DNA from: Trypethelium eluteriae
Taxonomy: Eukaryota
DNA: 53,982 nt
Assembly (NCBI GenBank): GCA_051942245.1
Contig: JAVECL010000100.1
Location: forward strand, 1-53,982
Direction of reading: 5' to 3'
This document shows positions 1 through 13,698 of this stretch, one piece after another. Positions within the stretch are counted from its first letter, which is position 1; each line of letters starts with the position of its first letter. The position numbers were made by a program, and so were the translations under genes. Below the pieces are notes generated by a model. It did no database searches, was not told the DNA's origin, and saw nothing but the letters and a program-made list of their open reading frames with translations.

Positions 1-375
1 GGGGTGGGAGGGAGTCGAGGTGAGTGGTTCGGGAGAGGATTTGGGCGAGGATGTTGGAGCTGTGGCGGGGTGAGCCGTGTTTGATTTTTCATTGAGACGG
101 AGACGTGGTTTTAGGGGGGTTGGAGGAGAGGATTTGGTGTCAAGGCATACTGGACGGCTTGTCGTTGTTCTTCAATGTTTTTAATTGTGGCCTTGAGGCG
201 GTCCTCGTTGGTGGTTGGAAGTTCGGATGAAGATGGGAGAGGTGCGAAAGGGAGAACAACGGCAGATGGAAGGATGGACTGCGCAGGTCAACGATTTTAG
301 CTCCGTCCGGATACGGGATTTGGTGTCGATACTGACCTTAGGTCTTTCCATTGCTTCTTCTTGTACACCACCCAT
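1..375 (-). CDS. 5' part of a spliced hypothetical protein gene that runs off the window start
   Basis: ATG at 375 (or 351) gives MGGVQEEAMERPK, then a GTCAGT..CAG intron, exon SILPSAVVLPFAPLPSSSELPTTNEDRLKATIKNIEEQRQAV, a GTATGC..CAG intron, and HSNILAQILSRTTHLDSLPP. The frame stays open through both splices. Confidence 0.6.
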
Positions 376-1560
376 TCTCAGGGATGGTGTGGAAGCATTC
401 AGCTTCCTCCGCTCTTGTGTCGCATCCGAGTCCTCAATATAAATATGAAATAATATTCATGACCAAGCCTCTTTCCTTCCTTTAATTCAATTGAGTTGTC
501 TGGATTATTTAGCTGGGAACAAGCTAAATATAGGTAGGTATCCAGTGGTGCAGTCGTGGTTGTGCCTGCTTCCCCGCATTTTCGTAAATGATCTGCGTTA
601 GCCAACCCGGTCCCAACGAACGTCAACATTTCACAGTGCTATGAGAATCGCGGCAAAGATGTAGCTTGAGATTTAGAAGAGAAATAGGATAAGTCATTCG
701 AACCACTATGAGAGATCTGTTGGGGAGCCTAGAGGTCGAAATGAACTTGGCGCTTCTCTTAACCTCACCCAGGATAGGACTCCCCTCGATGGGAACAGCT
801 TCCAGAGAGACTTTGACTGCCTCAGTGGGCTACAGATCTACGACTTATTATCAATGCAGTCGAGCGCTCGGCCGATGCGCAGTCTGACCGAAGTTAGTAT
901 TTGCGCCGTTTCTACACCATTGCACGAATAAGATCTTTCAAAGTTGTGCTACCATCTCGTTGCCCACATTTTATTTTAGTGACATTTTCCCCTTTCAAAT
1001 AATTCGTTCGTCTTCAAAAGCTGTCCAAGTTCCGAAACCTGACTTCAGCTTTGCCGCGAAACTCGACGGCATACTTGCAACGCAACCGCAATCGTGGAGG
1101 GGGAATGTGCCGCTCGCTGACCGGTATAGTATATGCGGAACCTCTCTACATGCAACTCTCTGCCTTGTTCTGCTTACATAGCCGTGGTACAGGTGTCATT
1201 CACCAGCAGACGATTTGTCAAAGCCAGTCTCACCAAACTCAGGGATTTCACTGTCAGTTTGACTTGAAGCCATCTTCTTTGAATCCACGCTGGAAGACTC
1301 TCTTGGTCACGTCCAGATCGTCGCGTGTATGTAAGACGAGTCTATACCTGTTTATGCACGGCATCTGCGTGTTCCCCGCAGAAAGTCTGTTTTCGCCTCC
1401 ACGCTACATGTACTATTTGGTGACCGGAAAAGCTCTCAAATCATAATGAAGCATGATGCAGATGATTTGGATGGACCTTGTCACAGACTAGTCGTAGCAA
1501 CGAGGGCTAACAAAAGGGTAGAAACTCCCGTCTGTGTTCCAATGGAGACCAGAGAGATGA

Positions 1561-2679
1561 ATGTCCACTCAGGCTATCACATTCATCAACATGTCCCTCC
1601 TAAACAAGCTCAATGCAGATGCGGATACCTCGGAAACCAGCTGGTCTAAGACCTATACGGAGACAAAGGAAGTTGCCTTCTTTGTTTCAAACATGGACGA
1701 TAGAATCACGCAAGACGTACTGCTCACAGTGCGCTCACCTTTCATAGGAGCTGACGTTGCAAACTCATGATAGGTTCGCCATTTTCTTCAATCGTACAGT
1801 GGAATCCCCCGGCATGATATCGTGGAGCACGTCTACAGAATAGTACGGCTTTCTTCTTCTACAGGACCTTGATGTACCTCGTGTACATATGTACTCATTC
1901 TTACATATCATCCACTATAGCGTGAGAAAGCCTGGGCGATTCGTGCCTACCCGTGCACCGGCTTTGCTCTTTTTCTCCAGCCAATGCTTCCGCTGAACCC
2001 TGCCTACCCATTCATCCTCGAACGCGTCCGAAATGAAGGCGCTAATTTTATCGACGTCGGTTGCTTCGTCGGGCAAGATCTGCGTCGACTCGTCTTTGAC
2101 GGATGCCCGCCCAGCAGTCTCTTCGGCTGCGACATCGTGAACCATTGGGACGTTGGATTTGAGTTCTACCGAGACAAGGACCGGCCGTTTGGAAAGAATG
2201 TCAAATATATTGAAGATGACATGTTACATCCAAAGACGAAAAACCAATCCAATGAAGAGACTCTTGATGGGGATGTCGATATGAAGCTAATGGATTGGAA
2301 GGGGCAGATGGATATCATTAACGCGGCACTCGTCTTGCACCATTGGAACTGGGATGATCAGGTTGCTGTCTGCAAGAATCTTGTGAGGTTGTCGAGGGGT
2401 CCCGAATCAATGATCGTGGGTTGCCAGATCGGATCTACCGGTAAAAATGTAATGGAGCCTCATTGTGAAGAGAATCCATATGGAACATTCCAGACATATT
2501 GGCACAATCCGGAGACCTGGAAGAGTATGTGGGCAGTGATCGCAGAGGAGACGGGCACGAAGTGGGAGGCAAAGGCAGAGTTGAAGACGTTTGATCAAAT
2601 AGGATGGAGAGCCAGTGACTGGTGGTATATTGGGGCCTGTTCAAGAGTTCTTCAGTTCGTAGTGAAGCGACTTGAGTAG
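1561..2679 (+). CDS. SAM-dependent methyltransferase, AusD/Trt5/AdrK-like fungal family (3 exons; introns about 1717-1773 and 1843-1920; start could be ATG 1591)
   Basis: Spliced product contains SYSGIP..IVEHVYRIREKAWAIRAYPCTG, motif I FIDVGCFVGQDLRRLVFDG, LHHWNWDDQV..C and WHNPETWKSMW, as in this family. Confidence 0.88.
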
Positions 2680-4316
2680 ATAGTAACCCAGATTGATCTG
2701 ATGATGTTTACCAACTGCATGTGTGAATTTCCAGATATCCTCCCAACTCAAGGGCGAGAAATATCGATGCCCTTTGCAAGAGAGATGAGTCTCTGTTTTG
2801 GAGACACGCGTATCCCAAGCGTCGAGGGAAACGACCAAGTCGTGTGAAGTAGGTCTTCAGACTATCGCTTCCTTTTCACTATATTTGGAAGCACAGAGTT
2901 GAAATCGATGGCCAGCGGAAAACAACACCAATTCAAAAAATTTGACTATAGTGGAAATCCTTAATTGCGGTTACCAAGATCGAATACTTCTAGCTTGCGT
3001 AAATTTTTGTGCGCCCGTAACCCGCGGGACCTACGGAGTAGTCGTATCGGAATTTAGTTGGTGACGTGATTTCAAAACATTGTCCCTCAACTAGACCTTC
3101 AACTAGAGCCTTCCTGGATGATGATACGCCTTTTTTTGTGGAAAGTCGAACTTCACATCTGACTCATCTCGCAGCTACTCTACTGGTCGACCTGGACAGC
3201 TCGGCTAAGAGAGGTTGGAACGCTGCCCTTCTGGAATGTTCATTCTCATTATTGAAAAGTCAGCGCCAGTTGCTTGTCGACATGGTGTGGATCTCCCGAT
3301 TGAAGGGGAAAGCACGAATAGATGCTCGACTTTCCCCGGGGTGCATGTAAGCTTAATGCTATTGGTCAGATAGAGTTCTATCACAGGATGTCACTTCGCT
3401 GTAAAGTTACAAGGGCCGGCTTATTTCGCAAATCTCCTCAAGCCGTCAAATGGCTTTTGACAGGATCTAAAAACAGGACCAGAGATAGAGCACTATGGTC
3501 AGAGCCAAGATCTAAGTGCTGACTGTCAGATTGCTACTTGTGCAGGGCGGAGTTAGTGATTAAGAAATTGGATAGGAGATAAGCCAGCGATTTTGAGACG
3601 ATCAGTAATCCAACAATTAATAAAGGGTCGTTTTACGCCTCATCCGAATGGAGGATAGCTCAGTGCTGAGGAGCGGCATGACACCAATTGCGCAAGCCAT
3701 CTCTGTGACGAATCCATGTCAAGAAGCTGAGTGACGTCATCAAGCCGGCTCCACTGTCTTTCCTCCGGTTGCATCGTTCGTCCGGACGTCGTCGAAACTC
3801 TGAGAACTGCCGAACAGAGTGATTTTAGAATACAACATGAAGGTGCATGTCAACAGGGGATGGACTGTGATTGAGTGCCGATTCTTTCCCTTTGAAGGTA
3901 GGTTTCCAGGTGATAATACTCGCTAGAGTATTCGCTGTCTCGTTTTTCCAAATAGAGCCAAAGCTGGAATTGTTCACTCTCGAGTCGCATCCTCATGAGC
4001 TGGGCTTTGATTACCTAGTCAGCACGCCCTCTTTCTTAGCTCATCAACATGCTGTCCGAAACGACTAGATAGAACGTTGGCGGAAAAGCTGAACAGAGCT
4101 CAACCATTTTCTCGAGGTTGACACTATTACAAAGCCGTCGCCGCTGGTGGGCTCACTAAACAGATTTTAAGCTTCTCACATTACTTAAGCCGCATGTTTG
4201 TTAAGAGTCATTCCTTTGGCGTAGAGAATGCCATTTCATAAAAGGTCGTGAAGAGATCCAGTTTCACAATCGTTGTGATCCATTAACCTCAACCTTCACA
4301 CCCAAATTCCATACCC

Positions 4317-6412
4317 ATGGCAGATCTCATACGTGAAGCTCCTCTGGGGCAACTTGTTCGTTGGCTAACGCGCAAAAGATACTTCAAATATCCAGAGGAA
4401 GAAGAAGGATTCCAGATTCCCTGGGAGGGCTCTCTTGACAGAGCCGAAAAACTGACCGAGTCGAACTTGGCACCGACACCTTCCAACGAGGATGCCGTAT
4501 CCAGACAGGAGACAGTCCAAGATACGGGTTCGATGATAGAGCCTCGAATCACTCGTACCAAAACCAGAGAGAGTACCGTGCCATGGTCTGAAGATCGCTT
4601 CGACGTGGAACGGCAACAGTCAGTGGAGAGGCAGAAGAGCGCCGTCATCGTACCGACGAAAACGAGCGATGGAATTACGCTGGTCGACTGGTATACCACG
4701 GATGATCCTGCAAACCCCCAGAACTGGTCCTCTGGCAAGAAGGCATATGTCGCTATCTTGATCTTGTAAGACCGGATTTCTGATGATACCCATTTTTCCA
4801 CAAGTGCTAACGGGAACAGTGTCTATACATTCGTTGTGTACGCAACGTCCTCGATATACACATCTGCACAAGAGTACGTGTCTTGTTCCAAATTGATCAG
4901 GCGGATTAGTATTGACATATTTTCAGGGAAGTAATGCAGAAGTTTCATCTCTCGTACTCAAGGGCGTCGCTTATACTGTCGCTATATGTCATCGGCTGTA
5001 GGTCTTGCGATCCGCTTTTGGCCAATAAGGTCCACTGACGCTTTTCTTCAGATGGTATCGGCCCCTTGCTCTTCTCACCGTTGAGCGAAATCCCTTTATT
5101 CGGGCGCAATGTTCCATACATGACATCTTTCGCCTTGTTTGTAATATTAGCAGTTCCGACGGCGCTTGTCGACAATTATGCCGGACTCTTAGTATTACGC
5201 TTCCTCACTGGCTTCATGGGCTCCCCCTGTTTAGCTACCGGCGGTGCAACAATGCAAGACTTGGTATGTCTTTTGTTGCTTGCTGAGAACAATTAGGTTC
5301 AGTGCGCTAAAATGCCACAGTATTCTCTGTTGAAGCTTCCGTACGCCTTGACAACATGGGTAGCGGCCGCCTTCTGCGCTCCAGCGTTGGGTCCGCTCCT
5401 GTCCGGGTTTGCCGTCACGGCTGAGGGTTGGCGATGGGCTTTCTGGGAAGTCCTGTGGATGTCTGGTCCTGTCTGGCTACTCTGGTAGGTGTTCGAAGTT
5501 TCCGCACTACATTGCGAATATTGATGGCTGACGATCCTAAGGTTCGTTACCATGCCCGAAACCTCCGCGGCCAACATTCTCCTTCGCCGAGCAAAGAGGT
5601 TGCGAGCCTTGACCGGGAACGAGAACCTGCGCTCTCAATCCGAAATTGACCAAGGACAAAAGAAGTTCGGCACTGTGATGTACGAAGCTCTTGCTATTCC
5701 GGCCATTATTTGCGTTCAAGATCCGGCAGTCCTCTTCACAAACTTGTACAGCGCCGTCATTTACGGTATCTACTACTCGTATTTCGAGGCCTTTCCCTTG
5801 GTATATATTGGCGACTACGGATTCAATATTGGTGAACTCGGAATTGTCTACATTTGTATCATTGTCGGCTGCGTTTTAGGTGTCCTCACGTATTGCGCCT
5901 ACCAATGGTTCTACCTAGAACCCGACATCAAGAAGAACGGTTTGCGAGCTCAAGAACATCGTCTGGTGCCGGCCCTGATTGCAGTTTGGCTATTGCCCAT
6001 TGGCCTCTTCTGGTTCGGCTGGACGGCACGACCATCCATCCACTGGATCGTGAGCATCCTGGGCATTACTTGCTTCGCATATGGAGCCTTTGTCTTGTGA
6101 GTGACTCCGATTTGAAGTGATAGCACCATAATACTGACAAGTGTCTCCCGTGAAAGATTTCAATGTATCTTCATGTATCTACCACTTTCATACCCGCAAT
6201 ACGCCGCATCCCTTTTCGCGTCGAACGATGCCTGGCGTTCAGCTATGGCAGCCGGATCGATTATCTATGCTCACCCGATGTACATTAATCTGGGCATTGG
6301 TCGTGGAGTTTCCATCCTCGGAGGGCTCACTGTTGGTGGCGGGTTGGGTGTACTGGCGCTGTGGTACTTCGGAGCGACGCTAAGAGCCAAGAGCAAATTT
6401 GCGTTATCTTAG
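4317..6412 (+). CDS. MFS multidrug:H+ antiporter, DHA1 family (Caf5/Flr1/Mdr1-like), multi-exon
   Basis: MADLIREAPLGQLVR N-terminus, LVDWYTTDDPANPQNWS, LFSPLSEIPLFGR, LRFLTGFMGSPCLATGGATMQD, MPETSAANILLRRAKRLR, EHRLVPAL and YPQYAASLFASND. About 7 canonical introns. Confidence 0.93.
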
Positions 6413-6833
6413 GTCGCTGGTCTGGTTGCCATGAGCTATGAACCCGATCGATCTTGGAAGAACATAAGACTGCACCGATTCGACAATCTGGATGGTCATT
6501 TTCCTGGTTTTCTTCGCTTACACTATGTAATCAAGCATAGCGCGTGTCAGGCATTCTTGGAGAATTGTGACATAGACTGCAGAGGAAGTTTTGTATGATT
6601 GGGTGTGTTTTTCCCCTCTACCCGGGTACAGAAAAGTTTAGAGGTGTATGATAGGAGGGATGAATAAAACCCATATAGACAATAGAATATAGAATAAGGC
6701 TCACTAGGAATGAATTGATGATCTCAATATGAATGATCGCTTCCAGGGATATCAATCCGTCCCATACAAACCCAAATAGGTACTCGTGTACACGCCTTCT
6801 TCTACACGCTCCCTGGCGTACCAGAGTTCAAGG

Positions 6834-9807
6834 TCATATCTCATCATCCTCATCATCGACGGCAGCCTTTTTACCACTACCATCAAGGGCGTCCGTCTTG
6901 TATGCGCCTCCACCGCGTCCGCTAGAAGAGGACATCGCCATAGCCTGACGGCCAGTTTCGGACTCCTGGAGGAACTCGCGGAGTTTCTCCTTGCCGATTT
7001 CGAGTGCTTGAGCACTGGCTGCGTTTGTCATACGCAGCATGGGTCCCCAAAGATTGAGTGTGTACGTAACGTAGGCGCCAACGCCCAATAGAATCAAGAA
7101 GATAAAGTAGACTGGATTTCGAAGGACTAGGACGTGATGAGTTAGTATGTGATGCTTGTTATAGAGATGCGGTTGGGCATACCTGCAACGATCTCATTCC
7201 AGCCAAGCGCCAACAGCAGTCCATAGAAGTAAAGCGGAACCTGAGTGACACCTCCAATGGCACTACGCTTGGCTTCCACGTAAACGCCATCTGCCATCTT
7301 CTTGAATCGTGTTGAGAGGTCTTGCTGCTTGGCGTCGCCCAGAACAGTCATCTCCTCTTCCAAGCTCTTCCCTTCGTCCTCGTCTACCCCTCCGATTGGT
7401 GCAAGGTCTTCCTCATCCGCAGGACTAACTCCAGTTGGCGCTTCGCCCACCCATGCCGCCAGAGGTGGATTCGACCCCGTTTCTCGCAGTTTGAACCTCG
7501 ACAACAGTGGGATAAGGTGCAAAGTCGCCTGTCGTGCCGTGGTATATATGCCTTCGATATCATCCGTTGGTCGCCATATCCTTGGTACGCCTTCATGGTC
7601 GTATCGGAATCTGTCTTCGAAGTTCTCGCGAAGCTTGAGAAGGAGGTTCCCTTCCATAAGCTCTTCATCAAGCTTTGCCCTCAGTGCCCCCCAACTCTTT
7701 CTTCGCAGCCGCCAGAGACCGACTTCGACCTCCTCTGGGCTTGCATCGAAGCTCTTAGCACGATCCGTGAAGCGTTCTTCGGCATGCGTGACAGTATCTG
7801 TGAAGACATGCCACACCCTGTCCCAAATATCCTTTTCGTCCCCTCTGTCGCCTTCTTCAGGTGCACCCGAGCCACCGCGTCCCGAACCCAGCTTGTTGAA
7901 CTCAAGACCGACGGACTCGCCCAACTTTGAGCGTACCCATCGCTCAACTCTAGTAGCCAGCCTTCTCATTTCTTCCCTTCTCAGCCTCTTGCTCACCTCA
8001 TCCAGCTCCTTCTTGAACAGTCCCAAATCCTGTTCATACACACTCCACGATGCGCCCTTGACCTCGGTTTCTGACGCTACATCTGCAAATCGCTTCACTG
8101 CTTTCATCTTCTCGGCCTCCACGATCTTGGCAAAGTCGTACTGGCCACCTGCCTTCTTCTGCCCATTCTTAACAGCAGCGGAGACGGCCTCACTGAAATT
8201 CGCTACTCCGACCTTCTGCGCAGCGCTCAGTTGCGCGCGCCAGAGCGTCTTGAGTCGATCGTCGATCTTGTCTTCGAGCTCGGCGCGTTTGCGGCTGAAG
8301 ACGCCTTTGTGGTACCGGCCTGCTTCACTCTGGAAATCTTGGAGAGCCTGTGCGCGCACAGTGTTCATGGTCTTGCCCAGAGCATCGAGCACCAGAGGCT
8401 CGCCTTTCCTGGCGCCCTCAGCATGCCGGGCTTCTAGAGGGGCAATGGCAGCGTCAAAGGGGACAAGGACATCGCGGGCGATTTCATCACATCGGAATTG
8501 AGCAAGAAGTTCCTGCTGGGTAGGAAGGTCGAGGTCCTTGTTCGATTCGATTTGATCCCAGATGCCCTTCGCGTACACGGAGAAGCCATCCGCAGGGATC
8601 CGTCGGTGATATTCTGGTCGGAGTATGGGCTCATCTGCGTCATCGCCATCAAGTCCAAGGGCGCCTGTCTTCCGCCGTGCAGCGGTCTTGAAGTCCCCCT
8701 CACGAAAACGTAGGGAGAGTTCCTGAACCTCGGTTGCAAATTTGTCGGGTTGAAGGATTTTGTGGGGCAGCGCGACAAAAGCAAAGTCAAAATAATCAGA
8801 TATGGAACTATTTTCGAGGCCAGATGGTTTCGAAAGCGAAGCCCAAATCCGGCTCAGATCGGAGAGGAGCGTTTGACGGAGATTGGAGAGGGGTGTAGTA
8901 CCGAGGTAGTCACGGATGACAAAGAAAAGGAGGGACCGAGGAATAGTTCTGCGGACCAGGATAAGCATAGAGAGCAGATAAGGTAGGGAGAAGTGGAGCT
9001 TACTTGCTATCCTTGAGGAATAATTGTAAATTTACTTCGAACACCGTCTTCAGCAGACCCATGTTTGCCCCCTGATACAGGCCCACTTGGGTCTCCCAAA
9101 GATTGACGATCAACACCTCGCTGGTAGCCAGTGCAAAAAGCGCACTCTTTCGTTCGAAATCTTGATCTTCACCTCTTTCCCTGCCGTCTGTCCCTTCTAC
9201 GTCCATGACCAGGATATTGTCTGCCATTCGTAATGTCACACCGCCTCCTTTTTTGGGTGAGGTCACCTCTTTCCGCTTGTTCTTGGACATCCATATGCCT
9301 TTTGTCGTCTGTTTTCGATCTTGTTCGGACATGACGCCAAAATCTGTACCGAAAAGAGTGTTGAGCAGAGTAGATTTACCTGTAGACTGAGAGCCAAAGA
9401 CCGAGATAAGGTGGTAATTGAAGCCGGCGGGAACGATCGCTTCGTGTTGAAGATAAGCGTTGAGGTTGTCGCTGTCGAAAAGAGGACATCATATCAGTCA
9501 AACGGTACTATTGAGAATTTCGAGATTTTCATGCTCATTGATTTAGGAGACTGCTGTGGAAGCTGGCCTTCTAGATGCGTCCAAGACATGAAATAAAGGT
9601 CCCAACCTACTTGAACTCCTTGTTCTCATCGATGACTTGGATGCCATGATCAAAGTTCATGTCCTCTCCATCGCCAACTAGGGCAAAATGACCATTCATA
9701 GCGCCTGGGGGTGCAGTGAGGTGCCTTGGAGCGCTTGGTCGTTGACCTGCCCCGTTTCCGAGTTGGGTGGGAGAGGTAGGGGATAATGGCGACTGGAGAG
9801 ATGCCAT
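6834..9807 (-). CDS. SEY1: SEY1/RHD3 dynamin-like (atlastin-like) ER-fusion GTPase, 4 exons
   Basis: [13 protein letters not shown]-loop [76 protein letters not shown] and the C-terminal TM hairpin [10 protein letters not shown]. Confidence 0.97.
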
Positions 9808-11060
9808 TGTGAAAAGATTCGAGCTACATCCAGGTACGTAAAGATGATCAACGAATGAGCGCCACACGGGAGTGTTGAAGGACGGGTTGTGGTTGGTGTA
9901 GGAATTGATGAGAATGCGCCACTGACGAGAAGTTGACGCTACCTACGACCTGTGGCTGGTGACCTTGGAACCTGTGTGACCATGGAGTACCGACCCGACA
10001 CCTTCCTCTACAACACTCCCGTCTTCCTTCCATCTCTCCCACTGCCCTTACACCTTCTCCTCTTCTCCAAGGCGACCTAGGTAGGCTCTCAATCCTACGT
10101 CCCACCCCTCATGAGCGAACTACGTGCCGAGGAGTCAGTCAAGGACGCTCCGCTCAGGCCTAGACATCGAAAATCGCAGGGAGTACGGGTTTCTACCCTT
10201 GTTTTCCTGCTAAGACTCAAGTGTTCGACTGGTCTTGCAGAATATTCAGTGGCTTCCAAACAGGCGGGCGGTAAAATCGACCGATGAACTACGAAAACTA
10301 TGGCTGTGTGGGTACATTACATCATGCTGTCTTGAGTTGATTTCCTTCGCCAAGGGAACCGGCATACGACTAATTCTCCTGTTCATGCCTTTATGAACAG
10401 CATTGGTTCATGCGTATCATTTGACTTTACGGAGGCAGCCGTCAAACATGACCTTCGCGGGCAGAGTCCGTGTAACTCGAGGATGCAGATCCCCGTTGTA
10501 TCATGCTTCAAAACAGCCAGAGTTACAGATCGGCCCGAGGTTCGATCTCCAAATGCCAAACCGTCCCGTCTAAGCCTTAAGATTTGAGTTTTCGCTATTT
10601 TACACTCTGGGACCAACCGGCGCTTTTGTTTTCACTGATTGCTTAAACATTGGTCCGGCTCGGCTGCTTTCCATTGCACTCCATGTTCACTGGACCATGT
10701 AGTCTCCGCAACGCGTTTGATTTATATTCGTTTGAGCTTTTTGACAGTGCCTTGGAACAACCCAAAGCAGCAAAAATTGGAATGGGTATCCCTAGTCAAC
10801 AATGAGGTCCATGTACGCATGACCGCATCGAGCCTCGGAGTTTTCAAGCACCCAGTAAATGGAATCCCTGAGAGCAGTCCAATTTCATTACTCCAGAATT
10901 TACATATAAAGCCGTTAAGTCTTCCATTGGGTAGAGGCTTGTCTTTGCGTCATCTTCTGTTCATTCGATCCTTTCAAGTCCCTACTTGTTCGACCTTCTC
11001 TCACTTTGACCAAATTTTACCTTCTCACACTCATTCACAAGAACGATATCCATCGACGCA

Positions 11061-12078
11061 ATGGCTGGAATCATTCTTACCTCTCTCTTGGCCCTCGGTG
11101 CTACTGCTCTACCTCAGTCCATCCCAAGCGGTGGTCTCACAGGCCAAACCGCCAACGACATTCAGAACGGAGCTTGCAAACCCACCTCCTTCATCTTTGC
11201 TCGTGGTACTACCGAAACTGGAAACTTGGGCGAGACTGTCGGTCCCGCGCTTGTCAAGGACCTGCAGCAGATGCTCGGTGCTGGCAACGTCGCGGTCCAG
11301 GGTGTCAACTACCCTGCCGATATTGCCGGCGCTGCCGAGGGATCGACCAATCCCAAAGGCGCGCAGGGAAGCCAGAACATGGCCATGTTTGCGGCTAAGG
11401 CTGTCCAGCAATGCCCAACGACTAAGTTGGTCTTGTCTGGATATAGCCAAGGCGCTCAACAGGTGCACGGCGCACTTCTGAATATGGATTCGGCCACTAC
11501 TGGCAAGGTTGCGGTATGTATCATCTTGTCCGACCATAGGTGCAAGCGGTCTGCTAACGAGCCTGAGTAGGCGGCTGTCACCTTTGGCGATCCATTGGAC
11601 AAAACCATGCCTCAGTTTCAGGGTGTCCCGGCTGCTAATGTGAGTTTCCGCAGAACCCTTGTTCTGAATCCGTGGAAATAGCTGACTCGGCTTTGTTGTT
11701 TAGACCAAGATCTTCTGTGCTCAGGGCGACCAGGTCTGCAATGATCAATTCATCATCTCTGCTGCGCATCTTTCGTATGCCAAGACCTCCACTGGCCCTG
11801 CAGCGCAGTTCATCTCCAGCAAACTTGGCGGCGGTGCTTCCAATACTGCTACGAACGCTGCTGCGTAAGATTCCCTCTGCAGATCAGGTACTTTCTTTGT
11901 GCTATGATTTCGCGCATCTACTCAAGAGTCCAAGCTAATTTTGTACTTCAGTGGCAGTAGCGTCGACGATCAGCGCAAGCAACAGGCCTCCACATCTGGG
12001 GCCATCAAGAGTAGTTCAATGGGTGCTTGTGTGTCTGCTTTCGTTGTTCTTGTTGGGTTTATTCTTCTTACTTCGTAG
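11061..12078 (+). CDS. Cutinase (CE5) with signal peptide and a predicted C-terminal GPI-signal exon (introns 11514-11570, 11640-11703, 11865-11951)
   Basis: Signal peptide MAGIILTSLLALGATA, FIFARGTTETGNLG, nucleophile GYSQGA, AAVTFGDP, catalytic Asp/His in FCAQGDQVC..AAHLSY. The last exon encodes a Ser/Gly spacer and a hydrophobic tail. If the last intron is retained, the protein stops at 11868. Confidence 0.92.
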
Positions 12079-13003
12079 TGTTTAACTTGCAGCAAATAGC
12101 ATTGTGAATAGCGTTCAGTTTGTTATGTCGGCAATTTCTTATTGGTTCTCCTGCAGTTGTACTACAAGCGCAAAACTGAATGGTATCGATGTGCTCTCCT
12201 TCTGTGACGATTCATGCGCCAGAACGACTGCTCATGCTTTCAGTAAATTGTCATACAACCTACGATCACTTTGCCTAGTGTCATTCGATTATTGTGATAC
12301 AGGTTCTAACATGTCTTATGCTAGCACTACTCACTGTGTTCTGGGTAGGCTTGGAACTATTTATCTCAATGTCTTTGCATGGAAGGATAACAGAATTTGC
12401 ACTAACTGACCTAGGTAGACTCGAGGTTGAGATAAGTTTCCGATGGAATTCTGAAATCTGAACTCGTACTTTGCCTTTTGAAGGCTGGAGTGGCCTCATA
12501 CTTAATGCTGCAAATTCATCATTTCCAAATCAGGCAAGGTTCGACGTACTCCGTAACAGTCCATCAATGCCCTGACTCTCTTCTTCTAAGTCATGCGAGT
12601 CAGCGATGCTTGAGGCACAGCCGTTCTTTGACCTAGGCATCTTGACCTGCCCCACTTGAGGATACGCTTTTAGGTACTTGAGCGGCCCACTGTGAGGCAG
12701 TCAGCCGGATGCTACGTCAGAAGTGGCTGTCGACCGTATCTAAGTCTGAGTCGTGCATGCAACGCACCAATTGACTCACTGAGAATGTCGCCGAAGTCTC
12801 GCCCTGCGTTTACTACTTACCGGCTGGCCGACGAATACCCCGCGTAACTATAGAATAAATACCAGCAACGAAAGCTGTCCAGTGGTAAGAGTTCAAGTCT
12901 CTCAGTTCAACTCAAAAACGCAATCTCCCTTAGCTGCTGCTCAAAAGAGGCAATTTTACGTCGGCCACCAACCTCAAAACTCCATCAACGTTTTATTATA
13001 ACA

Positions 13004-13321
13004 ATGCCTGGCTCAACGGTCACAGTCCTCTACCCCTCCGGCGGTACCTTCAATATGGACTATTATATTTCCTCGCACATGCCTATGGTCCAGAAGAATC
13101 TGAACACCTTCGGCCTGAAGGGCTGGCGCGTCACCAAAAACACCAGTACTCCGTCCGGTGCCGAGCCAGCCTACGCTGTGACATGTGAGTTGTATCTGGA
13201 CAGCCTGGAGGAATTCCAGAAAGGAATGGGTACGCATGGGCCAGATATCATGGGAGACGTCCCAAACTTCAGCGATAAGGAACCCACTCTGTTGATCGGC
13301 GAGGTGACCGGAGCTTCGTAA
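13004..13321 (+). CDS. EthD-domain protein (dimeric alpha-beta barrel), intronless
   Basis: TVTVLYP..TFNMDYYISSHMPMV and IMGDVPNFSDKEP..LIGEV match the short EthD-like family. Confidence 0.88.
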   Translation: MPGSTVTVLYPSGGTFNMDYYISSHMPMVQKNLNTFGLKGWRVTKNTSTPSGAEPAYAVTCELYLDSLEEFQKGMGTHGPDIMGDVPNFSDKEPTLLIGEVTGAS

Positions 13322-13698
13322 GGATAGGAGGCGATGGGACTTGGAACCTTTGTGTGGGATGTCTAGTGGAGTAACGTAACGATGAAATACTGGGTTGAAG
13401 CGGGGAAATATAAAGGGTTATACGCTGGTGCTCCTGAAAAGTTGTACAGTATATGAACCTCAAATGGGGAGATAACAATGGATCGGGATCACCAGATGCT
13501 CATTTAAGAGAAGATCGGAACCTGTGAAGGTAAAGCCACGTCTGCTGCCCTCTCAAAAGCAAGGCGCACATCTTCGCCATCAGCGCCGCCGCTCAGAAAA
13601 TATCCTTCCTTGGACGCACAGCTCTCCAGGAGCCATCCGGTCTGCGAGTCAGTTGGCGCCGGAAATATCCTGATCTTACATCTCCGTCGTCGCCGCCA

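Noticed and set aside
7302..8501. 399-aa plus-strand ORF and other overlapping ORFs
   Set aside because: Antisense shadow of SEY1 caused by codon bias. Ser-rich with no motifs.
10639..11481. 280-aa ORF overlapping the cutinase in another frame
   Set aside because: Starts at TTG, has no recognisable domain, spans the cutinase TATA region (CATATAAA about 10903) and is explained by the cutinase codon pattern.
12770..12880. CTGAGA..ATACCAGC..GAAAG resembling a TPP riboswitch upstream of EthD
   Set aside because: Lacks the conserved GAACTTGATC/CTGGATAATACCAGCG core and pairing, is not in an intron, and the gene is unrelated to thiamine. More likely core promoter sequence.
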